Shown here piece after piece: positions 36,795 through 47,772 of a DNA stretch of 64,000 nt. Origin of the DNA: an uncultured Flavobacteriales bacterium (GTDB lineage Bacteria; Bacteroidota; Bacteroidia; AKYH767-A; 2013-40CM-41-45); NCBI GenBank assembly GCA_964356415.1, contig CAYHHK010000001.1, positions 38,057 to 102,056 of the forward strand, given 5' to 3'. The notes under the pieces are model-generated. The model had not been told where the DNA came from. It saw only the letters and a program-made list of their open reading frames with translations, and ran no database searches. Within the stretch, counting starts at the first letter, position 1, and every line of letters starts with the position of its first letter. Position numbers and translations under genes: made by a program.

Positions 36795-39700
36795 CTACCA
36801 AACAAGTTTTTCCATTTTCTTGACAATTACGTGGGTATCACGCTGTGGTGCAATTGGTCCCCAATAATTGAAATGGTAGGAGAACTGACCATAGCCGCCA
36901 CTCAGGTAATTTGGTTTTAGATGTGTACGGGTTACACTGTTATGACCACCACCGCGACGGTTTCCTCTTAACTGAGATTTTGGAATTCCAACCGTTCTCT
37001 CCGGCACGTGATAAACGATGCAACTTCCGGGTGCAATCCTTGAACTTACACATGCACGTGTAACATACACACCGTGGTCATTGTGAACTTCTACCCAGTC
37101 ATTATCCTTAATGCCAAGAATTTCGGCATCTTTCTCACTAAGCCAGCAAGGTTCGCAGCCGCGTGATAGTGTCAACATACGAATATTTTCCATATAGGTA
37201 GAGTGGATGTGCCATTTACCGTGCGGAGTCAGGTAATTAAGTGCAAGGGCTTTTCCGTTCTTCCAGGTTTCACGTAAATCGCCATAAACTTCAGGCCGCG
37301 GTGCCGGTTTGTATGTTGGCAGATGCTCGCCATGAGCAATATATAATTCATGGTCAAGGTAAAAATGCTGCCTGCCGGTAAGTGTTCTCCATGGAACCAA
37401 TCTTTCCACATTGTAAGTATATGCTGAATATGCTCTGCCATCATTCATGAGCCCTGACCACAGAGGAGAAGTGTTATACCTGCGTGGCTGAGCTGCCAAA
37501 TCCTGATATCGAAGTTTCACATCTTTGCTTCCTTCACCGAGGTCGGCAAGCTGAAGACCTGTTTTCTTCTCCATGTTTTTATACGCCTGAACATTCAGTT
37601 TTCCATTAGTAAGTGTGGAAAGGTGCAGCACTGCATTTGCGGCCCATTCATCTTCCTGAATAGAAGGAAGTGTTTTACCATTGTATTTTCTCTGATGGAA
37701 ATGATTGGAAGAACACATTTCATCATATTCCTCCTTGCAGAAGTAGTGATTGCCATGAGCACCTAACCCTTTTTCACGTATGCCTTCTCCGAGTGTAATG
37801 AACTTCTCGTAGATTTGGGTATAATCCCTTTCAATAACTGTGAATTTTGGCATTGTTTTTCCAGGAATCGCTTCACATTCACCTTTATACCAGTCCTTAA
37901 TTGAAGGCTGCGAAATTTCGTCTGCTGAGTCATGAGAGAGTGGAGTCATAACGACATCTTTATGCACTCCCGGAAAATACTTTTTAGCCATTTCGCTTGT
38001 GGCTTTTGCAAGGTGCTTAAAAATATCCCAATCTGTTTTTGATTCCCAAACCGGAGCAACTGCCTGACCAAGCGGATGAATAAAGGAATGCATATCCGTG
38101 CTGTTCAGATCAGTTTTTTCATACCATGATGCAGCCGGAAGCACGATATCTGAATAAAGCGCCGATGAGTCCATGCGGAAATTTAAATCCACAACCAAAT
38201 CCATTTTCCCTTCAGGTGCAATTTCATGCCACACAACTTCCTCTGTATGCTCATCAGAATCCTTTCCTATTGAATTGTGGTGGGTGCCTAGATAATGCTT
38301 GAATGCATACTCATGTCCTTTCATACTTCCTGTAATGGCATTACCACGCCATATATACCAAACGCGCGGGAAATTTTCTTCGGCATCAGGGTCATTGATT
38401 GCAAATTTTAATTTTCGTGACTTGAGGTCATCAACAATTCGCTTGATTACATCGGCGTCGGTTTGGGCACCGTCTGCTTCAGCCTCTTTTACAACATCAA
38501 GCGGGTTTTTGTTGAACTGTGGGTAATATGGCATCCATCCATTTCTGACAGAGGTGAAAATACTGTCTGCCGTATGTTTACGGGTAAGTTCATTATCAGG
38601 AACAGCATTGTAATGTGAATGGCGGCCATCATAACGATATTGGCAGGTATTGATATAATGCCAGAGCGGAGCCTGCTGCAGTCTGGCTTGCGGAACCCAA
38701 TCCTTTGCAAAGGTGATTCCACCCCAGGAATCAACCGGTGCAAGTTTTTCTTGTCCAACGTAGTGATTGAGACCCCCGCCATTTTTTCCAAAGCAACCTG
38801 TTAGTGCAATGGTCATGGCTGCTGAACGATAAATTAAATTTGCATGGTACCAGTGGTTGATACCGGCACCAACAATCACCATGCATTTGCCTTTGGTTGT
38901 CTCGGCCGTGTTTCCCCATTCATGAGCAAACTGGATAACTGTTTTTGAATCAATCCCTGTAAAAACTTCCTGCCAGGCAGGAGTATAGGAAGAGTCTTTG
39001 TCTGTATAATCTTTTGGATAATTTCCAACTAGTCCACGGTCAACTCCATATTGACCCATTAACAAATCATAAATGGTTGCTACAGGAACTTTTCCATTTA
39101 CAGTATCAAGGTATTTTACCGGAACACCTCGCAAAAACTTATTATCCAAACCATATTCGATAAATTCTGTCTGCAAAACACCATCATTCTTTTTCAGGTT
39201 GGTGAGAACAGGGTCGTAATTCTTTTCAGTCTCCCCACATTCATATTTCATATTCCATTTTCCACCTGCTTTGTCCCAACGGTATCCCATGGTACCTTTT
39301 GGCACAATGAGTTCTCCTGTTTTTTCATCGATATTCAGGAATTTCCAGTCCCCATTTTCAATATCTTTCCATTTTGAAATTTCATTGGCTCGAACCAATC
39401 TTCCGGGCTTGAAATGATCTCCGTCTTTTTCAAGATGTACGAGGAACGGACTATCAGTATACTGTTTTGTATATTCAATGAAATATGGAACCTGTTTTTC
39501 GTGATGGAACTCTTTTAAAATGATGTGTGTGACTGCCATCCAGAAAGCATTGTCAGTGCCGGGATGTACTGGCACCCACTGGTCAGCATATTTACAAACC
39601 TGGCTGAAGTCAGGAGAGAACACAACTGCTTTTGTTCCATTATGGCGCGACTCTGCAAAGAAGTGACAATCGGGTGTGCGGGTCATATTGAGGCACGCAC

Positions 39701-40412
39701 CCATGTCTGCAATCAGTTTTGAATTATACCAATCGGCGCTCTCACATACATCAGTTTGTTCTCCCCACATTTCAGGGAAATGGGTTGGTAAATCGCAATA
39801 CCAATCATAGAAACTTAGATTAAATCCACCGAATAATTGCAGGAATCGGGCACCGGCTGCATAACTCAGCATTGACATTGCGGGGATAGGGGAGAATCCG
39901 GCAACGCGATCCGGTCCATGTTTTTTTGCAGTATAAATATTTGCTGCTGCCATTATTTCCAGTACTTCATCCCACGAAGTCCTTCTGAAGCCGCCTTTGC
40001 CTCTCGATTTTTGATAGCGCTTGCGTTTCTCTTTATTGTTCTGAAGATTTTCCCAAGCCTTCACCGGGTCGCCGCCGGTTTTTTCTTTTTCCTCTCTGAA
40101 TAAATCCAGAAGCGTACCGCGAATGAGCGGATATTTAATGCGTAGTGGGCTGTACAAATACCAGGAATATGAAATTCCGCGTTGACACCCACGGGGTTCA
40201 TAAGGTGGGAGAGATTCCTCCAGTAAAGGATAATCAAGTTGTTGTGTCTCCCAAACAACGATTCCATCCTTCACATGAATTTGCCAAGAGCAACCACCAG
40301 TGCAGTTTACACCGTGTGTACTCCTGACAATGCGGTCGTGCTGGAAACGGTTGCGATAAAACTCCTCCCACTGGCGTGTTTTTGGCGAAATAATGTCTTC
40401 AATCCAACTCAT
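36795..40412 (-). CDS. narG: respiratory nitrate reductase alpha subunit NarG (cytoplasm-facing, no Tat signal)
   Basis: 1205 aa with the FS0 ligand motif [18 protein letters not shown] (H-x3-C-x3-C). The N-terminus [11 protein letters not shown] has no RR motif. Confidence 0.95.
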   Translation of the reverse strand: MSWIEDIISPKTRQWEEFYRNRFQHDRIVRSTHGVNCTGGCSWQIHVKDGIVVWETQQLDYPLLEESLPPYEPRGCQRGISYSWYLYSPLRIKYPLIRGTLLDLFREEKEKTGGDPVKAWENLQNNKEKRKRYQKSRGKGGFRRTSWDEVLEIMAAANIYTAKKHGPDRVAGFSPIPAMSMLSYAAGARFLQLFGGFNLSFYDWYCDLPTHFPEMWGEQTDVCESADWYNSKLIADMGACLNMTRTPDCHFFAESRHNGTKAVVFSPDFSQVCKYADQWVPVHPGTDNAFWMAVTHIILKEFHHEKQVPYFIEYTKQYTDSPFLVHLEKDGDHFKPGRLVRANEISKWKDIENGDWKFLNIDEKTGELIVPKGTMGYRWDKAGGKWNMKYECGETEKNYDPVLTNLKKNDGVLQTEFIEYGLDNKFLRGVPVKYLDTVNGKVPVATIYDLLMGQYGVDRGLVGNYPKDYTDKDSSYTPAWQEVFTGIDSKTVIQFAHEWGNTAETTKGKCMVIVGAGINHWYHANLIYRSAAMTIALTGCFGKNGGGLNHYVGQEKLAPVDSWGGITFAKDWVPQARLQQAPLWHYINTCQYRYDGRHSHYNAVPDNELTRKHTADSIFTSVRNGWMPYYPQFNKNPLDVVKEAEADGAQTDADVIKRIVDDLKSRKLKFAINDPDAEENFPRVWYIWRGNAITGSMKGHEYAFKHYLGTHHNSIGKDSDEHTEEVVWHEIAPEGKMDLVVDLNFRMDSSALYSDIVLPAASWYEKTDLNSTDMHSFIHPLGQAVAPVWESKTDWDIFKHLAKATSEMAKKYFPGVHKDVVMTPLSHDSADEISQPSIKDWYKGECEAIPGKTMPKFTVIERDYTQIYEKFITLGEGIREKGLGAHGNHYFCKEEYDEMCSSNHFHQRKYNGKTLPSIQEDEWAANAVLHLSTLTNGKLNVQAYKNMEKKTGLQLADLGEGSKDVKLRYQDLAAQPRRYNTSPLWSGLMNDGRAYSAYTYNVERLVPWRTLTGRQHFYLDHELYIAHGEHLPTYKPAPRPEVYGDLRETWKNGKALALNYLTPHGKWHIHSTYMENIRMLTLSRGCEPCWLSEKDAEILGIKDNDWVEVHNDHGVYVTRACVSSRIAPGSCIVYHVPERTVGIPKSQLRGNRRGGGHNSVTRTHLKPNYLSGGYGQFSYHFNYWGPIAPQRDTHVIVKKMEKLVW

Positions 40413-40433
40413 ATATTAGATGTTTTTAAGGGT

Positions 40434-41300
40434 TTAGTACATTGATTTAGTTTGTCTTTCATAGATGGCATGATTCACAGTTCGCTGTTTTCTTTTTATC
40501 CAGAAGAATGAGAACAAAGTCAGAAGCACGGCAACTCCACCGATTCCGCCCATCAGCATTTTATTTCCAACAGTACTTGTTGCTTGTGTTGCTGCAACTT
40601 CATCAGCATGCTTCAAAAAAGCGGTAACATCTGCAATCTCTGTTTCTGTCAGAGGCCTTGCTTCATATGATTGCCGCATCTGAGGAAATGGCAATCCTGC
40701 GATCACTCCTTTCACACCATCAACAGTTAGTCTTGAAACCGACTGGCTGAGGTCTTTTGCCAGCGCACCACCACTCATGAAGCCTTCCAGATTAACATTA
40801 TGACATGCATTGCAGGTAGGACCGTTATTGGCAAAGCGAATTTTTCCGACAAATAAATCTTGTCCGCGTTGCACATTGCCTGTAGCGGAAGTCATTGTTT
40901 TTAAACTATCAGTGGCAGACTGTGTAACAGACGCTATGGAAGAAGCAGCCGGACTGTTGGTTTTGATATACCTAATTACCTCCCTGATCTGGGCGTCACT
41001 CAAAGCCGGCTGATCCGGCATAGGTACCTGATTGTAGGCTTTGAAAAGTGAATCGGCATATTTATCTCCGCTCTTTATTACTGATTGGGAGGATTTCACA
41101 AACTTAATTATCCAATCCTCTGACTGGCGCAGGTCAATATTTGCCAGATCAGGTCCAACGAGGCGTCCACTGCCAATACTATGACAGGCTGCACAAGTTT
41201 GCTTAAAAGTTGATTCACCTCCATTTTGAGAAGAAGCGGTAAATGTTGCAGTGCAGCATATTAATAAAAATGAAATAGATTTGAGCGTGTGTAATTTCAT
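40434..41300 (-). CDS. di-heme c-type cytochrome, periplasmic, with a C-terminal TM anchor (NarC-like)
   Basis: Signal peptide, two CxxCH motifs (CAACH and CNACH) and a C-terminal hydrophobic helix GGIGGVAVLLTLFSFFWI. It sits 21 bp upstream of narG. Confidence 0.85.
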   Translation of the reverse strand: MKLHTLKSISFLLICCTATFTASSQNGGESTFKQTCAACHSIGSGRLVGPDLANIDLRQSEDWIIKFVKSSQSVIKSGDKYADSLFKAYNQVPMPDQPALSDAQIREVIRYIKTNSPAASSIASVTQSATDSLKTMTSATGNVQRGQDLFVGKIRFANNGPTCNACHNVNLEGFMSGGALAKDLSQSVSRLTVDGVKGVIAGLPFPQMRQSYEARPLTETEIADVTAFLKHADEVAATQATSTVGNKMLMGGIGGVAVLLTLFSFFWIKRKQRTVNHAIYERQTKSMY

Positions 41301-41361
41301 TTGATTACTATTTTGTAATTAATGGTTGAGGATAATTATTCTAGGCCGAACTAATTGATTT

Positions 41362-41934
41362 TTATTTTTTATAAAATGCTCTTTCATTTTCATACATATC
41401 CCCAATTTCATCAGCCCACCTTGCAATCCTTCTGGAAATTGCATAAACAGCAATCAACAATATGGCGGCAATACTGAAAAAGAAATAATCGAATACAGAA
41501 AACTTAAAAGCAACTTTCTTGATTGCCGGCGCATCCGCGGCTGCTGCAGGCGTTGTTACTGAAGCGGATGCTGTCTTGCCTTCAGTATCAATATAACTGA
41601 GAATTGACTTGATCTCATCATCTTTAAGGAATGCGAAATCAGTCATTACTATTTTATTGTAGTCATTAAATAATGCAATGGCGTCTTTGTCACCTGATTT
41701 TACCATGGATTGTGATGACTTAATCCAATTTATCAGCCATTTTTCGTCACGCCTTTGCTGAATGCCAGCTAAGTCAGGTCCAACCAGCTTACCGCTGCCA
41801 ATGCTATGGCAGGCTGCACAGTTGCTTTTATACAGCTGCTTGCCTGATGAAGCATCCGGTATTTGGGCAAATGATTCAGATGAGTAAACGGTAAGAAATA
41901 GTAATACTGTGACAATGAAGGATATCTTATGCAT
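41362..41934 (-). CDS. mono-heme c-type cytochrome, periplasmic, with a C-terminal TM anchor (paralog of the first domain of the downstream di-heme protein)
   Basis: Signal peptide, a CAACH motif and a C-terminal TM helix. The N-terminal ~90 aa are highly similar to 40434..41300 (GKQLYKSNCAACHSIGSGKLVGPDLAGI...WIKSSQSMVKSGDK). Confidence 0.85.
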   Translation of the reverse strand: MHKISFIVTVLLFLTVYSSESFAQIPDASSGKQLYKSNCAACHSIGSGKLVGPDLAGIQQRRDEKWLINWIKSSQSMVKSGDKDAIALFNDYNKIVMTDFAFLKDDEIKSILSYIDTEGKTASASVTTPAAAADAPAIKKVAFKFSVFDYFFFSIAAILLIAVYAISRRIARWADEIGDMYENERAFYKK

Positions 41935-42135
41935 CCAGGTTGTTTTTTATTACGGGTAATAATACATTAGACTTTTCGGAAAATAATATGACAAAAGTCA
42001 ATTCATTTTCAGGTTTGTGTCAGAATAATTATTACGAAATAATATTTTTTAGTACCCAAACACCCATTCAGTGATATTTTTTTCAATCAGGCAGATTATC
42101 CGTATTTTTAGAAATTATATCAATTACAAAAAAAT

Positions 42136-43587
42136 ATGCGGATTTTACTCACCGGAGCGAATGGCTATATCGGAATGCGTCTTTTACCGGTTTTGGTTGA
42201 AGCAGGACATGATGTTACCTGTATCGTAAGAGACAGTAGCCGCTTTAGGCATAATCCTGATGTGCACAGGAAAATTTCTATTATTGATTTTGATTTTTTG
42301 AGCAATGGAAAATTGAATGAATATTTTTCAGGTATGCAATTTGACGTTGCATACTACCTTATCCATTCTCTCAAGGACACTTTCGTTGCGCTTGAGGAAC
42401 ATGAAAAAAAATCTGCGTTATGTTTTGTTGAAGTAGCCCGCATCACCGGAGTAAAGCAAATCATTTACCTTGGAGGTATCAGCAATGCAAGTGCCCTTTC
42501 GACTCACCTCAATGCGCGAAAAATTGTTAAGGATATTTTACAGAACTCCGGCATTGCGTATACAATTTATGAGGCAGGAATAATCGTTGGATCAGGCAGT
42601 GCTTCGTTTGAAATCATTCGTGATCTGGTAGAAAAAATGCCGGTAATGATAGCTCCAAGATTAATCAATTCTAAATGTCAGCCGATTGCAATCCGAAACG
42701 TTATTCGGTATCTTCTTGATTCAGTCATGAATGATAGATTATTTAATAAAACTTTTGAAATAGGAGGACCTGATGTATTAACCTATAAAGAAATGATGCT
42801 GCAATTTGCAGAAGTTCGTGGTTACAGGCGCTATATTTTTACCATCCCTTTTCTTACGCCCCGGATTTCCTCCTACTGGTTATTCATTGCAACTTCAACT
42901 AATTTTACCATTGCCCGGCAGCTGATGGAGAGTTTGAAAAATGATGTCGTTTGTAAGGATAATTCTATTCGGGAAATTATATCACAGGAATTGATACCAT
43001 ACCGGGAAGCTATTCAAATGGCATTTCAGATGATAAACCAAAATATGGTTTTGTCTTCATGGAAAGATGCTTCATCCAGTACATTGCATCATCTTGAGAT
43101 AAATAATTATGTGCAGGTTCCTGTTAATGGTTGTTTCAGGGATCGTAAGTGGAAGGAGATTCCGGAAGATAGTGTTGAAGAAGTTGCAGACCGATTTTTT
43201 GGAATTGGCGGTATTCATGGATGGTATTACGCCGATATTTTATGGAGGATGCGCGGCATCATTGATAGAATGTTCGGAGGTGTAGGCTTAAGAAGAGGCA
43301 GAAGAAATGAAAACGACTTGCAGCCCGGAGATGCGCTTGATTTCTGGCGGGTAATCCTTGCTGACCGTAAGAATCGCCGCCTGCTTTTATTCGCAGAAAT
43401 GAAAATACCGGGTGAGGCCTGGTTGGAATTTTCAATTGTAAAATTTCATGACCATTATATTTTGAAGCAAACAGCAACCTTCCGGCCGCATGGTATTGCA
43501 GGTCGGAACTACTGGTATGCAATGCTGCCGTTTCATTTTTTTATCTTTAGGAATATGCTTAAGAAAATTGCAAAAAGATCAAACTAA
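42136..43587 (+). CDS. NAD(P)-binding (NmrA/SDR-type) domain protein with a C-terminal DUF2867-like domain
   Basis: It is the only confidently plus-strand gene. The N-terminus is MRILLTGANGYIGMRL, a Rossmann motif. 483 aa. Confidence 0.7.
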   Translation: MRILLTGANGYIGMRLLPVLVEAGHDVTCIVRDSSRFRHNPDVHRKISIIDFDFLSNGKLNEYFSGMQFDVAYYLIHSLKDTFVALEEHEKKSALCFVEVARITGVKQIIYLGGISNASALSTHLNARKIVKDILQNSGIAYTIYEAGIIVGSGSASFEIIRDLVEKMPVMIAPRLINSKCQPIAIRNVIRYLLDSVMNDRLFNKTFEIGGPDVLTYKEMMLQFAEVRGYRRYIFTIPFLTPRISSYWLFIATSTNFTIARQLMESLKNDVVCKDNSIREIISQELIPYREAIQMAFQMINQNMVLSSWKDASSSTLHHLEINNYVQVPVNGCFRDRKWKEIPEDSVEEVADRFFGIGGIHGWYYADILWRMRGIIDRMFGGVGLRRGRRNENDLQPGDALDFWRVILADRKNRRLLLFAEMKIPGEAWLEFSIVKFHDHYILKQTATFRPHGIAGRNYWYAMLPFHFFIFRNMLKKIAKRSN

Positions 43588-44321
43588 ATTCCGGCTCCGA
43601 TACTTTTCCCGCCGTCAACATAAATTGTCTGCCCTGTAATAAACTGATTTTGCACCGAGACAAGAAAGGAAACCAGGTTTGCAATATCTTCAGGCTTACC
43701 CATTGTTTTGGTCGGTTGTGCCTCTATCAGTTTACCAAGAACAGCAGGATTCAATTTTTGTGTCAGGGGTGTATCAATCAATCCCGGTGCAATTGCATTG
43801 ACCAGCACATTGTGTCTTCCGAGTTCCAAAGCAAGTACTCTTGTAAGGGCAACAATCCCGGCTTTTGATGCTGAGTAGTTTGATTGGCCGGCATTTCCCA
43901 GCCATGCACGTGAAGAAATATTTACGATTCGCCCGCTCTTTTGTTCTTTCATGATCCGTGAGGCTTCACGGCACATCAACCAAGTTCCTTTCAGGTTTAC
44001 GTTCAGTACCGAATCAAAATCTTCCATGCTCATGTTCCAGATCATTTTATCTCTGATAATTCCCGCATTGTTAATGAGTACGTCAAGTCTTTTATACTCT
44101 ATCATTATTTTTTCAAAGAGAGATTTCACAATTAGTTCTTTGGTGATATCGGCTTTTGCAAAACTGAGTTTGCTTTTACCGAATTTTGTAAGCAATTTTT
44201 TTCCGTTTGCGGCATCCATATCTACAGCAATTACAAAGTAATCTTCGTCAATCAGTTTTTTCGTAATTGCCTTGCCAATTCCATTGGCCGCTCCGGTGAC
44301 GATGGCTATTTTAGGCTCCAT
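43584..44321 (-). CDS. SDR family oxidoreductase (FabG-like 3-oxoacyl reductase family)
   Basis: TGAANGIGKA cofactor motif, NNAG and catalytic YxxxK (YSASKAG). Confidence 0.85.
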   Translation of the reverse strand: MEPKIAIVTGAANGIGKAITKKLIDEDYFVIAVDMDAANGKKLLTKFGKSKLSFAKADITKELIVKSLFEKIMIEYKRLDVLINNAGIIRDKMIWNMSMEDFDSVLNVNLKGTWLMCREASRIMKEQKSGRIVNISSRAWLGNAGQSNYSASKAGIVALTRVLALELGRHNVLVNAIAPGLIDTPLTQKLNPAVLGKLIEAQPTKTMGKPEDIANLVSFLVSVQNQFITGQTIYVDGGKSIGAGI

Positions 44322-45162
44322 GTAATAGTGGTAGAGTTAAGCATGTTTCCATTTTTATATCCGCTTCATGTGTGTGATTGCTATCTGATCCTGCTTGACC
44401 CGGGTATTTGTCATTTGAACGCGCGACAATTTTCGCAACAATGCCCAAAGCAATTTCGGCCGGTGAATGCTGCCCGATGTCATATCCCATTGGCATGTCA
44501 ACTTCATTTAGTTGGCCCTGCGTTGTGATATTTTGTTGAAGAAATAATTTTCGTGTGACTAAAACTTTTCTCAAGCTTCCAATCATTCCAAGATATGCAT
44601 GCGGCTGATTTATGCTCAGGGCGAGGATTTCCCTGTCGTAGTCATGGGAATGGGTACAGATAACAATGTATGTATTGCTATCAAATGTAATTTTTGAAAA
44701 TGCCTGTTGATGGGGCAGATTGAATTTTGTCACCTCAGAGAGCTGGATTTTCCTGATATATTCCTTCCTTTCATCAACAATAACTATTTCGAAGTCTAAT
44801 TTATCTGCGAAATAGGAAATGTTGCTTCCTATGTGTCCTGCACCGAAAATAATTAGCTGCTTCCTCGGCTTCATGGGTTCAATAAATATTTTCATGCTTC
44901 CGCCGCAACACATCTTCTCTTTAAGAAGTGCATATTCTTCTAGCTTTGGACGGCCCGATTGATATGTTGCAATTGCAATTTCAATCACTTTCTTTTCGAT
45001 ATTTCCTCCTCCGATGGTTCCTGCGCATCTGCCATTTTCCCAAACAAGCATTTTGGCACCTGCCTTCAAAGGTGTGCTGCCACTGGTTTCAACAACTGTG
45101 CAGAGGGTTATGTGCTCTCTTTGTGCCGATGCATTATTGAGTATTTCAGTGAATCGGATCAT
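44311..45162 (-). CDS. xdhC: XdhC/CoxI family molybdoenzyme maturation factor
   Basis: 283 aa with an XdhC N-terminal domain and a Rossmann-like C-terminal domain (LIIFGAGHIG). Confidence 0.8.
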   Translation of the reverse strand: MIRFTEILNNASAQREHITLCTVVETSGSTPLKAGAKMLVWENGRCAGTIGGGNIEKKVIEIAIATYQSGRPKLEEYALLKEKMCCGGSMKIFIEPMKPRKQLIIFGAGHIGSNISYFADKLDFEIVIVDERKEYIRKIQLSEVTKFNLPHQQAFSKITFDSNTYIVICTHSHDYDREILALSINQPHAYLGMIGSLRKVLVTRKLFLQQNITTQGQLNEVDMPMGYDIGQHSPAEIALGIVAKIVARSNDKYPGQAGSDSNHTHEADIKMETCLTLPLLHGA

Positions 45163-45769
45163 GGGTAAAATATTTCCTGTATTCCTCTTTTGTATTGATG
45201 TTTGCGTGTATGTTGCTGTCGTTTGTTTTCAACTGCTCAAAAGGATATTTCTCTAGGATAGCCCTTAGATTGGTTTCCGGCTGTGTTGCTTTTTTGATGT
45301 CCTGTAAAATTTCAGCTGACACCAATACAGGGTGCCCATGTTTGTTATTGTTTTCCGGAACTACATATTTCCCTACCAAAAGTCTCTTCATCATTTGTTC
45401 AAGGAGTGCAGTGGTTGTAAAAGGATTGTCAATGTTCTGAATAAAGGCACTGTTTTTTGTATTGATTGCATTTACTCCAAGTTTTACACTAAAAAATCTG
45501 CCGTCTTCAGGATGTTCATTGATTATAGTGGTAATATTCGTTTTATTCTTAAGCGGTTTGATCAATTCTTTTGCCTTCTTCGCGGTTTCAGTATTTAAGA
45601 CGATCACAATGTCCGGAATATTTGCATCAATATAAACCATTGTCAGTCTTTCAAGAAACGAAATGGATGAATTAAATTTCAGGAAACATTTTGGACTACC
45701 GAAGCGTTCCGATTTGCCTGCTGAGAGTATGATTGCAGAAACAAAGCCGCTGCCGGGTTGTTTATTCAT
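45146..45769 (-). CDS. mocA: MobA-like NTP transferase, MocA-type molybdenum cofactor cytidylyltransferase candidate
   Basis: AIILSAGKSERFGSPK nucleotidyltransferase motif. Adjacency to xdhC suggests MCD-cofactor synthesis for the XDH-family enzyme. Confidence 0.65.
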   Translation of the reverse strand: MNKQPGSGFVSAIILSAGKSERFGSPKCFLKFNSSISFLERLTMVYIDANIPDIVIVLNTETAKKAKELIKPLKNKTNITTIINEHPEDGRFFSVKLGVNAINTKNSAFIQNIDNPFTTTALLEQMMKRLLVGKYVVPENNNKHGHPVLVSAEILQDIKKATQPETNLRAILEKYPFEQLKTNDSNIHANINTKEEYRKYFTHDPIH

Positions 45770-47772
45770 GTTCCTTTATATTCAACATTTCTGCCAAGAG
45801 AACTAAGCCCAATCAAGGCATCTTTGGAAATAAAGATGTTTTTTAAATCATCCAATTCTGAAATATTAAGATCACAACCATTAATCAGTTTTTCAGAAAC
45901 ATATAGGGCAAGAGGAGCATTCCCTTTGACCTTATTGATAATTCTTTCTGCATCTTCTTTGTCGAGATGATCAAGGCTGTATTCCAGGTGGAGCAGGTGG
46001 TCAAGTGAATTGGCCTCGAAAAATGTTTTTATAGCAAGACATCGCTCTTCAATATTCTTAACGCCCAACGGTATGGAATCAATGGCCATCTCTCCCGATA
46101 AAATTTTAGGAATATCTTCTTTCTGAATGATGCTGTCGATAAGACCGATTTCAGAAGCATGGGTTGCAGTTACTTTTTTTCCTGTATATATCAGATACTT
46201 CGCGAGCCCTTTGCCGACTCTTCTTGCTGTGCGTTTGGCACCACCCAGTCCTGGATAGATTCCGATGCCTGTTTCCGGAAATGCCAGTTTGGCGCCCTGA
46301 ACGGAGAGTATGAGATCGGCACACAATGCAAGTTCTAATCCACCGCCAAGCGCCATTCCATTTAATATTACCACAACTTTCTTTTTTGATTTGTCAATTT
46401 TTTCAAAAAGTTGCTGCCCGAAACTTGTGAAGTCAACAATTCTGTCAACTGAATGATTCTTTATGTTGTTTACGAAGAAATTGATATCTGCTCCTGCTAC
46501 AAAAGCTTTTCCTGTACCTGTGATAAAAATGGTTTTGACGGAGGAATAATTTTCTGCCTGCGAGAATTTCTCATTCAATTGATTTATTACTTCTTCATTC
46601 AAGGCATTCAGTTCTTCAGGTCGGTTTATTGTTATGATGGCTATGTCATCTTTATTTTCCAGAAGGACATAATCCATATGCCAGGAAGAAGAGGATACGA
46701 TGGGGATAGCTTCATTGTAGTGTCTTGCATAATTATTCACCAGACGCTTTACTTCTTCTTCTCCGGTTCTTTTCATTAAATCTACGGGACCATATTTCCA
46801 ACGAAGGCCGATTTTGGCACCCTTGTTTAAATCTACTGCAGAGCATACTCCGTCGTTAAGAATCTGAGTGCAGATAAAAAATACACAACCAAGCAGCCGT
46901 TCATTGATTACTTTGTTTGAGACTGGATTCAGTTCTGCTGAATTTAGCTCCGCAATTTTCCAGTTTTCTTTTTTTGCTGCAAGCTGTTCGAGCATGGGTG
47001 CAATTTTGTAGGATGGTCCAAAAAACTCAAGTGTTCGCTGGGCATGCATTGCAATGGAAACTCCGGTAGCATTCATCAATGCGAAAGGCCCCATTCCGAT
47101 TTTGAAAATTTTCATGCAGGCAGAATCAATACTTTCAATTGTTCCAATGTTTTCAGACAATAGCTTTACGGATTCATTCAGCCATGGAACAAAAAAACGA
47201 TTCACCGCAAATCCATAAACGTCTTTGCAGATAATTGCATCCTTACCCGATAGCATACAGAATGTTTTTGCATTCTCTATTGTTGTTGCTGAAGTTTGGG
47301 TTCCGGGAATAATTTCAACGAGGCGGTTTTTTGCTGCGTGATAAAAATAATGCAGGCCGATAAACCGTTCAGGATGTTTCACTGTGGCAGAAAGTTCAGA
47401 TACCGAAAACGAAGAAGTGTTTGTTGCAATGATCGTTTCTTCAGGTACAATTTCTGAAAGCGCTTTAAACAGATCGCTTTTTGCCTTGAAATCTTCGAAT
47501 ATAGCTTCAATGATAATATTGCAGATTTTTAATTCCTGCAGGTCAGCTGTTCCTTTAAGATTGGATAAGGAGTTAATAACTTCCTCCTCTTTAAAAATAT
47601 TTTTTGCCACCCCTTCGTTCAGCATCGTTTTGATACCGCCCAGGCCTTTCTCTACAAACTTCATTTCCTTGTCGGCAAGAATAACTGTAAAGCCTTCCTG
47701 AACAAATTTTTGAGCCAGGGCAGAGCCCATTGTTCCTGCCCCAATTACGCCGACAGTTTTGATATTTTTCAT
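45766..47772 (-). CDS. bifunctional 3-hydroxyacyl-CoA dehydrogenase (N-terminal) / enoyl-CoA hydratase (C-terminal)
   Basis: 668 aa. The N-terminus carries VGVIGAGTMGSALAQ (HADH NAD site) and the C-terminus has a crotonase fold. Its stop overlaps the mocA start (ATGA). Confidence 0.85.
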   Translation of the reverse strand: MKNIKTVGVIGAGTMGSALAQKFVQEGFTVILADKEMKFVEKGLGGIKTMLNEGVAKNIFKEEEVINSLSNLKGTADLQELKICNIIIEAIFEDFKAKSDLFKALSEIVPEETIIATNTSSFSVSELSATVKHPERFIGLHYFYHAAKNRLVEIIPGTQTSATTIENAKTFCMLSGKDAIICKDVYGFAVNRFFVPWLNESVKLLSENIGTIESIDSACMKIFKIGMGPFALMNATGVSIAMHAQRTLEFFGPSYKIAPMLEQLAAKKENWKIAELNSAELNPVSNKVINERLLGCVFFICTQILNDGVCSAVDLNKGAKIGLRWKYGPVDLMKRTGEEEVKRLVNNYARHYNEAIPIVSSSSWHMDYVLLENKDDIAIITINRPEELNALNEEVINQLNEKFSQAENYSSVKTIFITGTGKAFVAGADINFFVNNIKNHSVDRIVDFTSFGQQLFEKIDKSKKKVVVILNGMALGGGLELALCADLILSVQGAKLAFPETGIGIYPGLGGAKRTARRVGKGLAKYLIYTGKKVTATHASEIGLIDSIIQKEDIPKILSGEMAIDSIPLGVKNIEERCLAIKTFFEANSLDHLLHLEYSLDHLDKEDAERIINKVKGNAPLALYVSEKLINGCDLNISELDDLKNIFISKDALIGLSSLGRNVEYKGT

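Noticed and set aside
36795-40412. Whether the nitrate reductase could be periplasmic (Nap) or a Tat-exported pNar
   Set aside because: The NarG N-terminus lacks a twin-arginine motif, and NarH, NarJ, NarI and NarK are all present. This is a classic cytoplasm-facing NarGHI.
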